Sequence record: NC_054912.1 | From: Escherichia phage vB_EcoM_F1 | Length of the DNA: 64,000 bases | Reading direction: 5' to 3' (one strand) | Shown here: positions 10,278 through 20,216 of the stretch, piece after piece | How positions within the stretch are numbered: the stretch's first letter is position 1 | How the letters are laid out: every line of letters starts with the position of its first letter | Made by a program: the position numbers and the translations under genes | The notes under the pieces: model-generated | Seen by the model: the letters and a program-made list of their open reading frames with translations, nothing else | Databases searched by the model: none | What the model was told of the DNA's origin: nothing

Positions 10278-10903
10278 TATAGTAACTCAAAGAACTCTTT
10301 GAGGCCTCTTATTACATGAGCATGGGTTTTTCCACACTCTGGACACTTAATTGGAACAGCCAAATAAACGGTAGGTTTTAAAAGCATATCTTTTATAGCT
10401 ACAATATCTGACTCTGTGATGATAGAATATAAATCTTCTAGTTCCTTTTCATTTAAGTCTTCAACTGGAATGCTTTCCCCGTTAGCATGAATCGTTTCTA
10501 TGCATGATACTATCATGTGGGCTATATTTTTATCATCAAAAATTTTAGGGTATCGGAATTTAATTTTAATGTCACCCAGTGTATACCAGAGGTCTTCTGG
10601 TGCATCTATTTGTGTATGTAATAGATTTATATGGGTTGGTATTTCAGTTCCACAGGTGCACTTCCAGGAGTTTTCGTGATTAACTTCGCCGAGAGAATGT
10701 GCCCATAAATGAATCAGCAGTAGTTCTGATTCTTGGCGGTTTAAATCTTTTGCATTTGTGCAGTCTTTGATTAGCTTTTTAACAATTACTTCTACAGAAC
10801 CATTATTTTTGGCAGTAATAAGTTCTAGATATTCTTTAAGCGTGAATGCGCGACAATTGATTATTTTAGAACCAACTCTCACATCAAATTTGTATTCATA
10901 CAT
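10277..10903 (-). CDS. 26: Baseplate hub protein gp26
   Basis: 208-aa ORF, start/stop-coupled to gene 25. Confidence 0.85.
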   Translation of the reverse strand: MYEYKFDVRVGSKIINCRAFTLKEYLELITAKNNGSVEVIVKKLIKDCTNAKDLNRQESELLLIHLWAHSLGEVNHENSWKCTCGTEIPTHINLLHTQIDAPEDLWYTLGDIKIKFRYPKIFDDKNIAHMIVSCIETIHANGESIPVEDLNEKELEDLYSIITESDIVAIKDMLLKPTVYLAVPIKCPECGKTHAHVIRGLKEFFELL

Positions 10904-10924
10904 ATTTAGCTCCTTTATTTATCA

Positions 10925-10936
10925 TATTTATAAATA
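10925..10936. promoter_or_regulatory. Overlapping divergent late promoters (TATAAATA on both strands) for gene 26 (-) and gene 51 (+)
   Basis: plus TATAAATA at 10929-10936; minus TATAAATA is revcomp of 10925-10932; lies in the 50-bp divergent intergenic gap. Confidence 0.5.
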
Positions 10937-10953
10937 GAATAAAAGGAGCATCT

Positions 10954-11703
10954 ATGGCAAACATTATTCGTTGTAAATTACCAGATGGTGTTCATCGTTT
11001 TAAACCATTTACGGTAGAAGATTATCGAGATTTTTTGTTAGTTCGAAACGATATAGAACATCGGTCACCACAAGAACAAAAAGAAATAATTACTGATTTA
11101 ATTGATGATTATTTTGGAGACTATCCGAAGACTTGGCAACCATTTATATTTTTGCAGGTATTTGTAGGGTCGATAGGTAAAACTAAAGTACCGGTCACAT
11201 TTGTATGTCCAAAATGTAAAAAAGAAAAGACAGTTCCATTTGAAATATATCAAAAAGAATTAAAGGAACCTGTTTTTGATGTAGCTAATGTTAAAATTAA
11301 ATTAAAGTTTCCTTCTGAGTTTTATGAAAATAAAGCAAAGATGATTACTGAAAATATTCATTCTGTTCAAGTAGATGAAATTTGGTATGATTGGAAGGAA
11401 ATTAGCGAGTCCAGTCAAATAGAACTAGTTGACGCCATCGAGATAGAAACACTAGAAAAAATTCTCGATGCAATGAATCCTATTAATTTAACTCTACATA
11501 TGTCATGCTGTAATAAGTACATTAAAAAATACACTGATATAGTAGACGTGTTTAAGCTATTAGTTAACCCAGATGAGATATTTACTTTTTATCAAATTAA
11601 TCACACACTCGTAAAAAGTAATTATAGCTTAAATTCAATAATGAAAATGATTCCTGCTGAGCGCGGATTCGTATTAAAACTGATTGAGAAGGATAAACAA
11701 TAA
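10954..11703 (+). CDS. 51: Baseplate hub assembly catalyst gp51
   Basis: 249-aa ORF, T4 size/position. Confidence 0.85.
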   Translation: MANIIRCKLPDGVHRFKPFTVEDYRDFLLVRNDIEHRSPQEQKEIITDLIDDYFGDYPKTWQPFIFLQVFVGSIGKTKVPVTFVCPKCKKEKTVPFEIYQKELKEPVFDVANVKIKLKFPSEFYENKAKMITENIHSVQVDEIWYDWKEISESSQIELVDAIEIETLEKILDAMNPINLTLHMSCCNKYIKKYTDIVDVFKLLVNPDEIFTFYQINHTLVKSNYSLNSIMKMIPAERGFVLKLIEKDKQ

Positions 11704-12878
11704 TGAGTATGTTGCAACGCCCCGGATATCCAAATCTCAGCGTTAAATTATTTGATAGCTACGACGCTTGGAGTAATAATAGATTTGTTGAATTAGCTGC
11801 TACTATTACAACATTAACTATGCGGGATTCTCTTTATGGCCGAAATGAAGGAATGCTGCAGTTTTATGATTCTAAAAACATCCATACAAAAATGGATGGA
11901 AATGAAATAATTCAGATTTCTGTAGCTAATGCAAATGATATTAATAATGTTAAAACACGAATTTATGGATGTAAGCATTTTTCCGTGTCAGTAGATTCAA
12001 AAGGTGATAACATCATTGCTATTGAATTGGGAACTATTCATTCTATAGAAAATCTTAAATTTGGTAGACCATTTTTCCCTGATGCAGGTGAATCTATAAA
12101 AGAAATGCTTGGCGTCATTTATCAAGACCGTACATTATTAACTCCAGCGATAAATGCTATAAATGCTTATGTTCCTGATATTCCATGGACTAGCACATTT
12201 GAAAACTATTTGTCATATGTAAGAGAAGTTGCTCTAGCTGTAGGAAGCGACAAATTTGTATTTGTATGGCAAGACATCATGGGAGTTAACATGATGGACT
12301 ATGATATGATGATAAATCAAGAACCATATCCAATGATTGTCGGCGAGCCATCTTTAATAGGTCAATTCATCCAAGAATTAAAATATCCATTAGCATATGA
12401 TTTTGTTTGGTTGACTAAATCGAATCCTCACAAACGTGACCCAATGAAAAATGCTACTATCTATGCTCATTCATTTTTAGATTCTTCATTGCCAATGATT
12501 ACTACAGGAAAGGGCGAAAACTCTATTGTAGTGTCAAGGTCAGGTGCTTATTCTGAAATGACTTATAGGAATGGATATGAAGAAGCTATTCGTCTTCAAA
12601 CTATGGCACAATATGACGGTTATGCTAAATGTTCTACTGTCGGTAATTTTAACTTGACTCCTGGCGTTAAAATTATTTTTAATGATAGTAAAAACCAATT
12701 TAAAACAGAATTTTACGTTGATGAAGTTATCCATGAATTATCCAATAATAATTCAGTAACTCATCTATATATGTTCACTAATGCAACGAAACTGGAAACA
12801 ATAGACCCAGTTAAGGTTAAAAATGAATTTAAATCTGATACTACCACTGAAGAAAGTAGTTCTTCCAATAAGCAATAA
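11703..12878 (+). CDS. 27: Baseplate hub subunit gp27
   Basis: 391-aa ORF, T4 size/position. Confidence 0.9.
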   Translation: MSMLQRPGYPNLSVKLFDSYDAWSNNRFVELAATITTLTMRDSLYGRNEGMLQFYDSKNIHTKMDGNEIIQISVANANDINNVKTRIYGCKHFSVSVDSKGDNIIAIELGTIHSIENLKFGRPFFPDAGESIKEMLGVIYQDRTLLTPAINAINAYVPDIPWTSTFENYLSYVREVALAVGSDKFVFVWQDIMGVNMMDYDMMINQEPYPMIVGEPSLIGQFIQELKYPLAYDFVWLTKSNPHKRDPMKNATIYAHSFLDSSLPMITTGKGENSIVVSRSGAYSEMTYRNGYEEAIRLQTMAQYDGYAKCSTVGNFNLTPGVKIIFNDSKNQFKTEFYVDEVIHELSNNNSVTHLYMFTNATKLETIDPVKVKNEFKSDTTTEESSSSNKQ

Positions 12879-13356
12879 AGAAGTTTCTATTCCTAAAATG
12901 GGTCTTAAACATTATAACATTTTAAAAGATGTTAAAGGTCCTGATGAAAATTTAAAACTTCTTATTGATTCTATTTGTCCGAATTTATCACCGGCAGAAG
13001 TTGATTTCGTTTCTATTCATTTATTGGAATTTAATGGAAAGATTAAATCTCGTAAAGAAATAGATGGCTATACTTATGACATTAATGATGTTTATGTGTG
13101 CCAAAGATTAGAATTTCAATACCAAGGAAATACATTTTATTTTAGACCTCCTGGAAAATTTGAACAATTTTTAACGGTGAGCGATATGTTATCTAAATGC
13201 TTGCTTAAGGTCAATGATGAAGTTAAAGAAATTAATTTTCTTGAGATGCCAGCATTCGTTTTAAAATGGGCAAATGATATTTTTACAACTTTAGCAATTC
13301 CTGGCCCTAATGGTCCAATAACTGGAATTGGCAATATTATTGGATTATTTGAATGA
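12823..13356 (+). CDS. 28: Baseplate hub distal subunit gp28
   Basis: 177-aa ORF overlapping gene 27 end. Confidence 0.85.
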   Translation: MNLNLILPLKKVVLPISNKEVSIPKMGLKHYNILKDVKGPDENLKLLIDSICPNLSPAEVDFVSIHLLEFNGKIKSRKEIDGYTYDINDVYVCQRLEFQYQGNTFYFRPPGKFEQFLTVSDMLSKCLLKVNDEVKEINFLEMPAFVLKWANDIFTTLAIPGPNGPITGIGNIIGLFE

Positions 13357-15125
13357 AAAAGCCACAAGAAATGCAAACGATGCGTAGAAAAGTTATTTCA
13401 GATAATAAACCAACACAGGAAGCGGCTAAATCCGCTTCTAATACTTTATCTGGACTTAATGATATATCTACGAAATTGGATGATGCTCAAGCTGCTTCTG
13501 AATTAATAGCTCAAACTGTCGAAGAAAAATCGAATGAAATAATTGGAGCAATTGATAACGTAGAAAGCGCAGTGAGTGATACTACTGCCGGTTCTGAGTT
13601 AATTGCTGAAACTGTCGAAATTGGCAACAATATTAATAAAGAAATTGGTGAATCACTCGGAAGCAAATTAGATAAATTAACGAGTTTATTAGAACAAAAA
13701 ATTCAGACAGCTGGAATTCAACAGACTGGGACTAGTTTAGCCACAGTTGAAAGCGCTATTCCTGTTAAAGTCGTTGAGGATGATACTGCTGAATCTGTGG
13801 GTCCTTTATTACCAGCTCCCGAAGCAGTTAATAATGATCCTGACGCTGATTTTTTCCCTACCCCTCAACCAGTTGAACCCAAACAAGAATCACCAGAAGA
13901 AAAACAGAAAAAAGAAGCATTTAACTTAAAATTATCTCAAGCTTTAGATAAATTAACAAAGACAGTTGATTTTGGATTTAAGAAATCCATTTCAATTACT
14001 GATAAAATATCAAGCATGCTATTTAAGTACACCGTCAGTGCTGCTATTGAAGCTGCTAAAATGACTGCAATGATATTGGCTGTTGTTGTTGGAATAGACC
14101 TGTTGATGGTTCACTTTAAATATTGGTCAGATAAATTTTCGCAGGCTTGGGATTTGTTTAGTACAGACTTTACTAAATTCTCTAGCGAAACCGGAACATG
14201 GGGTCCTTTATTACAGAGCATCTTTAGTTCTATTGATGAAATTAAAAAGTTCTGGGAAGCGGGAGATTGGGGTGGATTAACAGTAGCTATTGTTGAAGGG
14301 CTTGGAAAGGTTCTTTTTAATTTAGGTGAACTTATTCAGCTTGGAATGGCTAAATTATCTGCTGCAATTCTTCGAGTCATTCCTGGCATGAAGGATACTG
14401 CTGATGAAGTAGAAGGAAGAGCACTAGAAAATTTCCAAAATTCTACTGGAGCATCTCTCAATAAAGAAGACCAGGAAAAAGTTGCAAATTATCAAGATAA
14501 ACGAATGAATGGAGACCTTGGTCCGATAGCAAAAGGATTAGATAAAATTGCTAATTGGAAAACTCGTGCATCTAATTGGATTCGTGGGGTTGATAATAAA
14601 GAAGCACTGACTACCGACGAAGAACGTGCAGCAGAAGAAGAAAAATTAAAGCAACTTTCACCTGAAGAAAGAAAAAATGCTTTAATGAAGGCTAATGAAG
14701 CCCGTGCCGCAATGATTCGCTTTGAAAAATATGCTGATTCAGCTGATATGAGTAAAGACTCAACGGTTAAATCAGTTGAATCTGCCTATGAAGACCTTAA
14801 AAAACGGATGGATGACCCGGATTTAAACAATTCACCGGCAGTTAAAAAAGAACTTGCTGCTAGATTTTCTAAAATTGATGCTACTTATCAAGAGCTCAAG
14901 AAAAATCAGCCTAATGCCAAACCTGAAACTTCTGCTAAATCGCCAGAAGCGAAACAGGTCCAGGTTATTGAAAAGAACAAAGCACAGCAAGCTCCTGTTC
15001 AGCAAGCATCTCCTTCAATCAATAATACTAATAATGTTATTAAGAAAAATACTGTCGTTCATAATATGACACCTGTCACAAGCACAACTGCTCCTGGTGT
15101 ATTTGATGCGACTGGAGTTAATTAA
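13353..15125 (+). CDS. 29: Baseplate hub / tail length determinator gp29
   Basis: 590-aa ORF, T4 size/position. Confidence 0.9.
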   Translation: MKKPQEMQTMRRKVISDNKPTQEAAKSASNTLSGLNDISTKLDDAQAASELIAQTVEEKSNEIIGAIDNVESAVSDTTAGSELIAETVEIGNNINKEIGESLGSKLDKLTSLLEQKIQTAGIQQTGTSLATVESAIPVKVVEDDTAESVGPLLPAPEAVNNDPDADFFPTPQPVEPKQESPEEKQKKEAFNLKLSQALDKLTKTVDFGFKKSISITDKISSMLFKYTVSAAIEAAKMTAMILAVVVGIDLLMVHFKYWSDKFSQAWDLFSTDFTKFSSETGTWGPLLQSIFSSIDEIKKFWEAGDWGGLTVAIVEGLGKVLFNLGELIQLGMAKLSAAILRVIPGMKDTADEVEGRALENFQNSTGASLNKEDQEKVANYQDKRMNGDLGPIAKGLDKIANWKTRASNWIRGVDNKEALTTDEERAAEEEKLKQLSPEERKNALMKANEARAAMIRFEKYADSADMSKDSTVKSVESAYEDLKKRMDDPDLNNSPAVKKELAARFSKIDATYQELKKNQPNAKPETSAKSPEAKQVQVIEKNKAQQAPVQQASPSINNTNNVIKKNTVVHNMTPVTSTTAPGVFDATGVN

Positions 15126-15133
15126 GGAATAAT

Positions 15134-16228
15134 ATGGCAATTGTTAAAGAAATAACTACTGATTTAATTAAAAAGTCCGGTGAGAAAATTTCAGCCGGAC
15201 AGAGCACTAAATCAGAAGTAGTAACTAAAACATACACTGCCCAGTTTCCAACTGGGCGTGCTAGTGGTAATGACACTACAGGGGACTTCCAGGTAACAGA
15301 TCTATATAAGAATGGATTATTATTTACTGCATACAATATGTCATCTAGGGATTCTGGAAGTCTTAGATCGATGAGATCTAACTACTCTTCTGCGTCTTCG
15401 GGTATTTTGAGTACAGCTAAAAACACTATTAGTAGTACAGTATCAAAACTATCAAATGGATTAATATCAAATAATAATTCAGGAACAATAAGTAAAGCTC
15501 CTGTCGCAAACATTCTTTTACCGAGATCTAAATCTGATGTTGATACATCAACACATAGATTTAATGATGTTCAAGAAAGCCTTATCAGTAGAGGCGGAGG
15601 TACTGCTACTGGTGTGCTAAGTAATATTGCTTCAACCGCAGTATTTGGGGCACTGGAAAGTATAACACAAGGTATAATGGCTGATAATAATGAACAGATT
15701 TATACGACAGCCAGAAGTATGTATGGTGGTGCTGAAAATAGAACTAAAGTGTTTACATGGGATTTGACTCCACGTTCAACAGAAGATTTAATGGCTATTA
15801 TTAATATCTATCAATATTTTAACTATCTTTCTTATGGTGAAACAGGTAAATCTCAATACGCTGCTGAAATAAAGGGGTATTTAGATGATTGGTATCGTTC
15901 TACGTTAATTGAACCTTTATCTCCGGAAGACGCAGCTAAAAATAAAACATTATTTGAGAAAATGACAGCAAGTTTAACGAACGTTCTTGTAGTTTCAAAC
16001 CCGACAGTTTGGATGGTGAAAAACTTTGGTGCAACATCTAAGTTTGATGGAAAAACGGAAATATTTGGTCCATGCCAAATACAGAGCATTAGATTTGATA
16101 AAACACCTAATGGTAACTTTAACGGATTAGCTATTGCTCCAAACCTCCCTAGTACATTTACTCTCGAGATTACTATGAGAGAAATTATCACGTTAAACCG
16201 TGCTTCTTTATATGCGGGGACTTTTTAA
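15134..16228 (+). CDS. 48: Baseplate tail tube cap gp48
   Basis: 364-aa ORF. Confidence 0.9.
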   Translation: MAIVKEITTDLIKKSGEKISAGQSTKSEVVTKTYTAQFPTGRASGNDTTGDFQVTDLYKNGLLFTAYNMSSRDSGSLRSMRSNYSSASSGILSTAKNTISSTVSKLSNGLISNNNSGTISKAPVANILLPRSKSDVDTSTHRFNDVQESLISRGGGTATGVLSNIASTAVFGALESITQGIMADNNEQIYTTARSMYGGAENRTKVFTWDLTPRSTEDLMAIINIYQYFNYLSYGETGKSQYAAEIKGYLDDWYRSTLIEPLSPEDAAKNKTLFEKMTASLTNVLVVSNPTVWMVKNFGATSKFDGKTEIFGPCQIQSIRFDKTPNGNFNGLAIAPNLPSTFTLEITMREIITLNRASLYAGTF

Positions 16229-17151
16229 TGTATTCTTTAGAGGAATTTAATAATCAAGCAATAAACGCAGATTTCCAACGTAATAATATGTTTAGCTGCG
16301 TTTTTGCAACAACTCCATCAACTAAAAGCTCTTCGTTGATAAGTTCAATTAGCAACTTTTCTTATAATAACTTGGGCCTAAATTCAAATTGGTTAGGATT
16401 AACTCAAGGTGATATTAATCAGGGAATTACCACGCTAATTACAGCTGGCACACAAAAACTGATAAGAAAATCAGGGGTTAGTAAATATCTTATTGGTGCC
16501 ATGAGTCAACGTACTGTCCAGAGTTTATTAGGCTCATTTACAGTTGGTACATATTTAATTGACTTCTTTAACATGGCATATAACTCATCTGGATTGATGA
16601 TATACTCTGTAAAAATGCCAGAGAATAGATTATCCTATGAAACTGACTGGAACTATAATTCTCCTAATATTCGTATAACTGGGAGAGAATTAGACCCTTT
16701 GGTTATTTCATTTAGAATGGATTCAGAAGCTTGTAACTATCGTGCAATGCAAGACTGGGTTAACTCCGTTCAAGACCCAGTAACTGGATTACGTGCTTTG
16801 CCACAAGATGTCGAGGCAGATATTCAGGTTAATCTTCATTCTCGTAATGGATTGCCTCATACTGCGGTGATGTTCACCGGATGCATTCCAATATCAGTGA
16901 GCGCTCCTGAGTTATCATATGATGGAGATAACCAAATAACTACATTTGATGTTACTTTTGCGTATAGAGTGATGCAGGCTGGAGCAGTTGATAGGCAAGC
17001 TGCGCTTGAATGGCTTGAATCTGCTGCTATAAATGGTATTCAAAGCGTTCTCGGAAATAGTGGAGGTGTTACTGGACTATCTAATTCGCTTTCACGACTT
17101 AGTAGACTAGGAGGAACCTCAGGAAGCATTTCAAATATTAGTATACTATGA
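16228..17151 (+). CDS. 54: Baseplate tail tube initiator gp54
   Basis: 307-aa ORF, start/stop-coupled to gene 48. Confidence 0.88.
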   Translation: MYSLEEFNNQAINADFQRNNMFSCVFATTPSTKSSSLISSISNFSYNNLGLNSNWLGLTQGDINQGITTLITAGTQKLIRKSGVSKYLIGAMSQRTVQSLLGSFTVGTYLIDFFNMAYNSSGLMIYSVKMPENRLSYETDWNYNSPNIRITGRELDPLVISFRMDSEACNYRAMQDWVNSVQDPVTGLRALPQDVEADIQVNLHSRNGLPHTAVMFTGCIPISVSAPELSYDGDNQITTFDVTFAYRVMQAGAVDRQAALEWLESAAINGIQSVLGNSGGVTGLSNSLSRLSRLGGTSGSISNISIL

Positions 17152-17199
17152 CAGGGATTGTCAATTCGCAGAGTAAAATATTAGGAGCAATATAACAAT

Positions 17200-17217
17200 G
17201 GGGACCTTTCGGTCCCC
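17200..17217. terminator. Bidirectional terminator hairpin between gene 54 (+) and alt-region genes (-)
   Basis: ggggacc-tttc-ggtcccc with flanking A/T runs. Confidence 0.65.
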
Positions 17218-17223
17218 ATATTT

Positions 17224-17514
17224 TTATTTACGGAATGAAATGAAAGCAGAAACTGAAGCAACTAAACTGTCTTCAATATAAACTTCAATTTTTACCGGAG
17301 CTTCTGACTCAAATTTACCTGTTACTACACCCTGAAAAATACTTTCAGTCTGTTCTGGCTTTGAAAAATTTTCAGAAGGAAAAATTCCAAACTTTTTATC
17401 TGTTCCGAAAATTTTGATAAATTCATCATAAACTGCTTCATTAAAAGCATTATCAGCAGGAATAACGCCTTCAACTACAAGTTCTTGACCTAAAAAGCGT
17501 AAAGAAGATTTCAT
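17224..17514 (-). CDS. Hypothetical protein (alt.-3-like position)
   Basis: 96-aa ORF downstream of alt. Confidence 0.55.
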   Translation of the reverse strand: MKSSLRFLGQELVVEGVIPADNAFNEAVYDEFIKIFGTDKKFGIFPSENFSKPEQTESIFQGVVTGKFESEAPVKIEVYIEDSLVASVSAFISFRK

Positions 17515-17545
17515 TTTGTGTTCCTCATGTTATGTCAGTAAGACT

Positions 17546-17575
17546 ACTATAACACAACACGAGGGACTTGTAAAC
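17546..17575 (-). promoter_or_regulatory. Early sigma70-type promoter (TTTACA-17-TATAGT) within a 53-bp repeated cassette
   Basis: minus-strand gTTTACA, 17-nt spacer, TATAGT, then GAGGA Shine-Dalgarno. Confidence 0.5.
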
Positions 17576-17930
17576 TACATTTTGAACTTTTTAGTACGCG
17601 TAATAGGCATGCGTCGATTTTATACTGTTTCATTGTTTGAAGAGCAGTATCAAAAACAGCATTAATGACACCAATTGGATTTCCACCCAACTTAACTAAT
17701 GATAGTTTCTCATTAACACCTATCATTACGATATGCATCATTTTGTCGCCTGGTTTAACGTTTTATTTGTATCACCGCCAGAGGTGTATGTACAAAATCT
17801 AAATCCAGGAAGCACGCTTTCTTCGCCGGCTTGAATAGCAAAAATTTGTGGTATTTTATGCTTAGGATTTAAGTTAACAACCGGCGCCGAAGCGCCGTCA
17901 AATAATTATGTAATAAGTTCCATGATTTAT
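17547..17930 (-). pseudogene. Decayed paralog of the alt N-terminal region (premature stop and frameshift)
   Basis: minus-strand translation gives MELIT-stop, then shifted frames ...NLNPKHKIPQIF...GFRFCTYTSGGDTN... and MMHIVMIGVNEK...TMKQYKIDACLLRVLKS, paralleling Alt residues 1-125. Confidence 0.6.
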
Positions 17931-19978
17931 CCTTGAACGAACTTGTAAGGCATGTTTGCAATATCTATGCAAGACGCAATAATTCCAAGAGATGATTCTA
18001 CTTTCTGTTTAACATTTGATGAAACAAATGATGCAAAGTCAACTCTGTCTTCTATATCACCTGTCATTGTAACCAATTCACCAGTTTCCATTAAATGGTC
18101 TCCGTCATAGATTACCGATTCGGTGAGTTCTTCTGTGGTCATAACTTCAGCTTGAATAAGCTTGTTGTTAGTTCTAACTGTTCCATCGTTGTAAGATGCA
18201 TCAGTTATTTTATTAACTTTGACCATTAATCCACGTGGCAAAATGACTTCCATTTCATTTGAAGGCGCTAAACTTCCACCGGGTAAAACAACATTGACCT
18301 TATCAGCCCCAGTAATAACCCATCCAATTCCAACTAAATTATCGCTAGAATTTACTAGTCCTTCATCAGTTTTATCAATAGAAACGCTTAGACGCTTTTC
18401 GTCTGGTAAAACACCTATAGATGAATCAGTCATCCAAGTACCAAAAATATTTGGATATAATGATGTTGACACAAAGTTTCTAAAATAAAAAACTCGATTT
18501 TTTACCATTGCTTCATATATTGAAGGTAACATTCGTTGTGAACGATACAAAGTAATACCTTTTGGTAATCGTTCACCATTTTTAAAGGCTGAATCTAAAT
18601 TATCAATGGCTTGTTCTATTTCAGATGCTGTTAAAATACTTGTACGCTCATCTGGATTATATAATCCCAAAAGAGCATTATTCATGTCTACATATCCTGA
18701 ACCTACATATTCACGAATTCCGCGTTTTTGCGCTGGTGTGTATTTAGATGAATCTTTATTTTCGACTATAGGATGTAATGACCATCCAGCGGTAAGAGCA
18801 TATCCACGTAATTCTCTTCGAATAATCTTTGTTTTTATTGCATTCCAAGAATTTTGTACTAACTCATTTGCAGCATCTTGGTTTAAATGCGAATGTCTGT
18901 TAATATTTCTTTCAAACCAAGCACCTTTATATTTTTCTAAAGTATCATCGACGATAGAAGCAATAGTTTCTAAAGTTTTTATTGAAGTAATAGATTCTTT
19001 TCGTAATTTTTCTAAAGCTTTATTTTTTATTTCTGCATTAATAATGGATTCTTTATCTTCAGGAATTATAGAAGCTTCTCTGAATGTCATTCCAGCTGTA
19101 ACACTGCTAAGAGCATTCTCTAGTGCAAATCCTGAAGTAGAAATAACAGTTAATTCATTAGCATCAGAAATTAAAGGAGCGTCAGCAGGTTTATTTAATT
19201 CTGCTGCTGAAGCCTCAAATTTTTGAAACATCGGCGTTTCAAATCTAGAAGATTCCAACGACTGACTTTGTGCAATTGCTCTACGTGAAATTTTAACTTT
19301 AACGATTACAGCTTGGTCAGAACGTTTATCATTTTCTTGTGCAATAGATGCTGCAATTGCCTCATTTTTAGTTACTTGAGCTCCAGTATCTTTATTGATA
19401 TAAACATCACCGACCTTCGATTCAACTTTAGTAAAGAGCTCGGTACTAATTTCCGGAACTCCTGGAATGTCTTCTAGTGATACATTTTTGCGATGTATAA
19501 GAATATATGCATACTTTTTATCATAATCCCAGAGTTCCTTAAGAAGGACGTATCTGCCACCTGAACGACTACGGATAAGTCTATCAGCAATAACTTGAAT
19601 TTGTCGAGCTTGGCCAGCAGTTTTAGACTTAAGAATACGAAGCATACAAGCATCAATTTTATACTGACGCATTGTTTGCATTGCAACAGTAAAAACCGAA
19701 TTGATATAATTAATTGGGCTTGGACCAAGACCTTTCAATTTAGCAATTGAACCTTTAGCAGTTAATGTAAAAGGAACAATATGCATCATTTTATCGCCCA
19801 TCTTTAAATCGCGATTAGTATCACCTCCAGATGTATAGGTACATAAACGAAAGCCTGGTTGTTCAATTGCATCATCAACATGAACTGAAAAAATTTGCGG
19901 TATTTTCTTCTTTGGATTTAAGTTTGTAATTGGAAGAGTAGTATCTTCGTCAAATAATTCTGTAATTAGTTCCATCAT
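17927..19978 (-). CDS. alt: Alt ADP-ribosyltransferase (packaged, modifies host RNA polymerase)
   Basis: 683-aa ORF, T4 Alt size and position downstream of gene 30. Confidence 0.9.
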   Translation of the reverse strand: MMELITELFDEDTTLPITNLNPKKKIPQIFSVHVDDAIEQPGFRLCTYTSGGDTNRDLKMGDKMMHIVPFTLTAKGSIAKLKGLGPSPINYINSVFTVAMQTMRQYKIDACMLRILKSKTAGQARQIQVIADRLIRSRSGGRYVLLKELWDYDKKYAYILIHRKNVSLEDIPGVPEISTELFTKVESKVGDVYINKDTGAQVTKNEAIAASIAQENDKRSDQAVIVKVKISRRAIAQSQSLESSRFETPMFQKFEASAAELNKPADAPLISDANELTVISTSGFALENALSSVTAGMTFREASIIPEDKESIINAEIKNKALEKLRKESITSIKTLETIASIVDDTLEKYKGAWFERNINRHSHLNQDAANELVQNSWNAIKTKIIRRELRGYALTAGWSLHPIVENKDSSKYTPAQKRGIREYVGSGYVDMNNALLGLYNPDERTSILTASEIEQAIDNLDSAFKNGERLPKGITLYRSQRMLPSIYEAMVKNRVFYFRNFVSTSLYPNIFGTWMTDSSIGVLPDEKRLSVSIDKTDEGLVNSSDNLVGIGWVITGADKVNVVLPGGSLAPSNEMEVILPRGLMVKVNKITDASYNDGTVRTNNKLIQAEVMTTEELTESVIYDGDHLMETGELVTMTGDIEDRVDFASFVSSNVKQKVESSLGIIASCIDIANMPYKFVQG

Positions 19979-19998
19979 ATCCTCTCTAGTGTTTATTC

Positions 19999-20006
19999 TA
20001 TTTATA
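19999..20006 (-). promoter_or_regulatory. Late promoter TATAAATA upstream of alt
   Basis: minus-strand TATAAATA about 20 nt upstream of alt ATG. Confidence 0.5.
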
Positions 20007-20027
20007 AAATTAAAGGCCCGAAGGCCT

Positions 20028-20216
20028 TTAATAATCTAACGGTAAGAGAGTACGATATATTTCAAACTTTGGACCTTTTTCATAGGCATCAAATGTTTCT
20101 GTGAATTTATTATAAGCATATGCATCTACAAATTCGAGAATGACTTGTGATACAGAAGTAGAAACATCTCCACCTTCTTTTTGAGCAATGACAATTGTTT
20201 CTAAGTAAGCTTTCAT
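20028..20216 (-). CDS. Small hypothetical protein
   Basis: 62-aa ORF whose ATG overlaps the gene 30 stop (ATGA). Confidence 0.45.
   Translation of the reverse strand: MKAYLETIVIAQKEGGDVSTSVSQVILEFVDAYAYNKFTETFDAYEKGPKFEIYRTLLPLDY

Noticed and set aside
18606-19226. 206-aa plus-strand ORF
   Set aside because: Lies entirely antisense within alt; low-complexity translation, no start context; typical shadow ORF in an AT-rich genome. The same applies to 72..416, 35980..36246, 41693..42172 and 59181..59531
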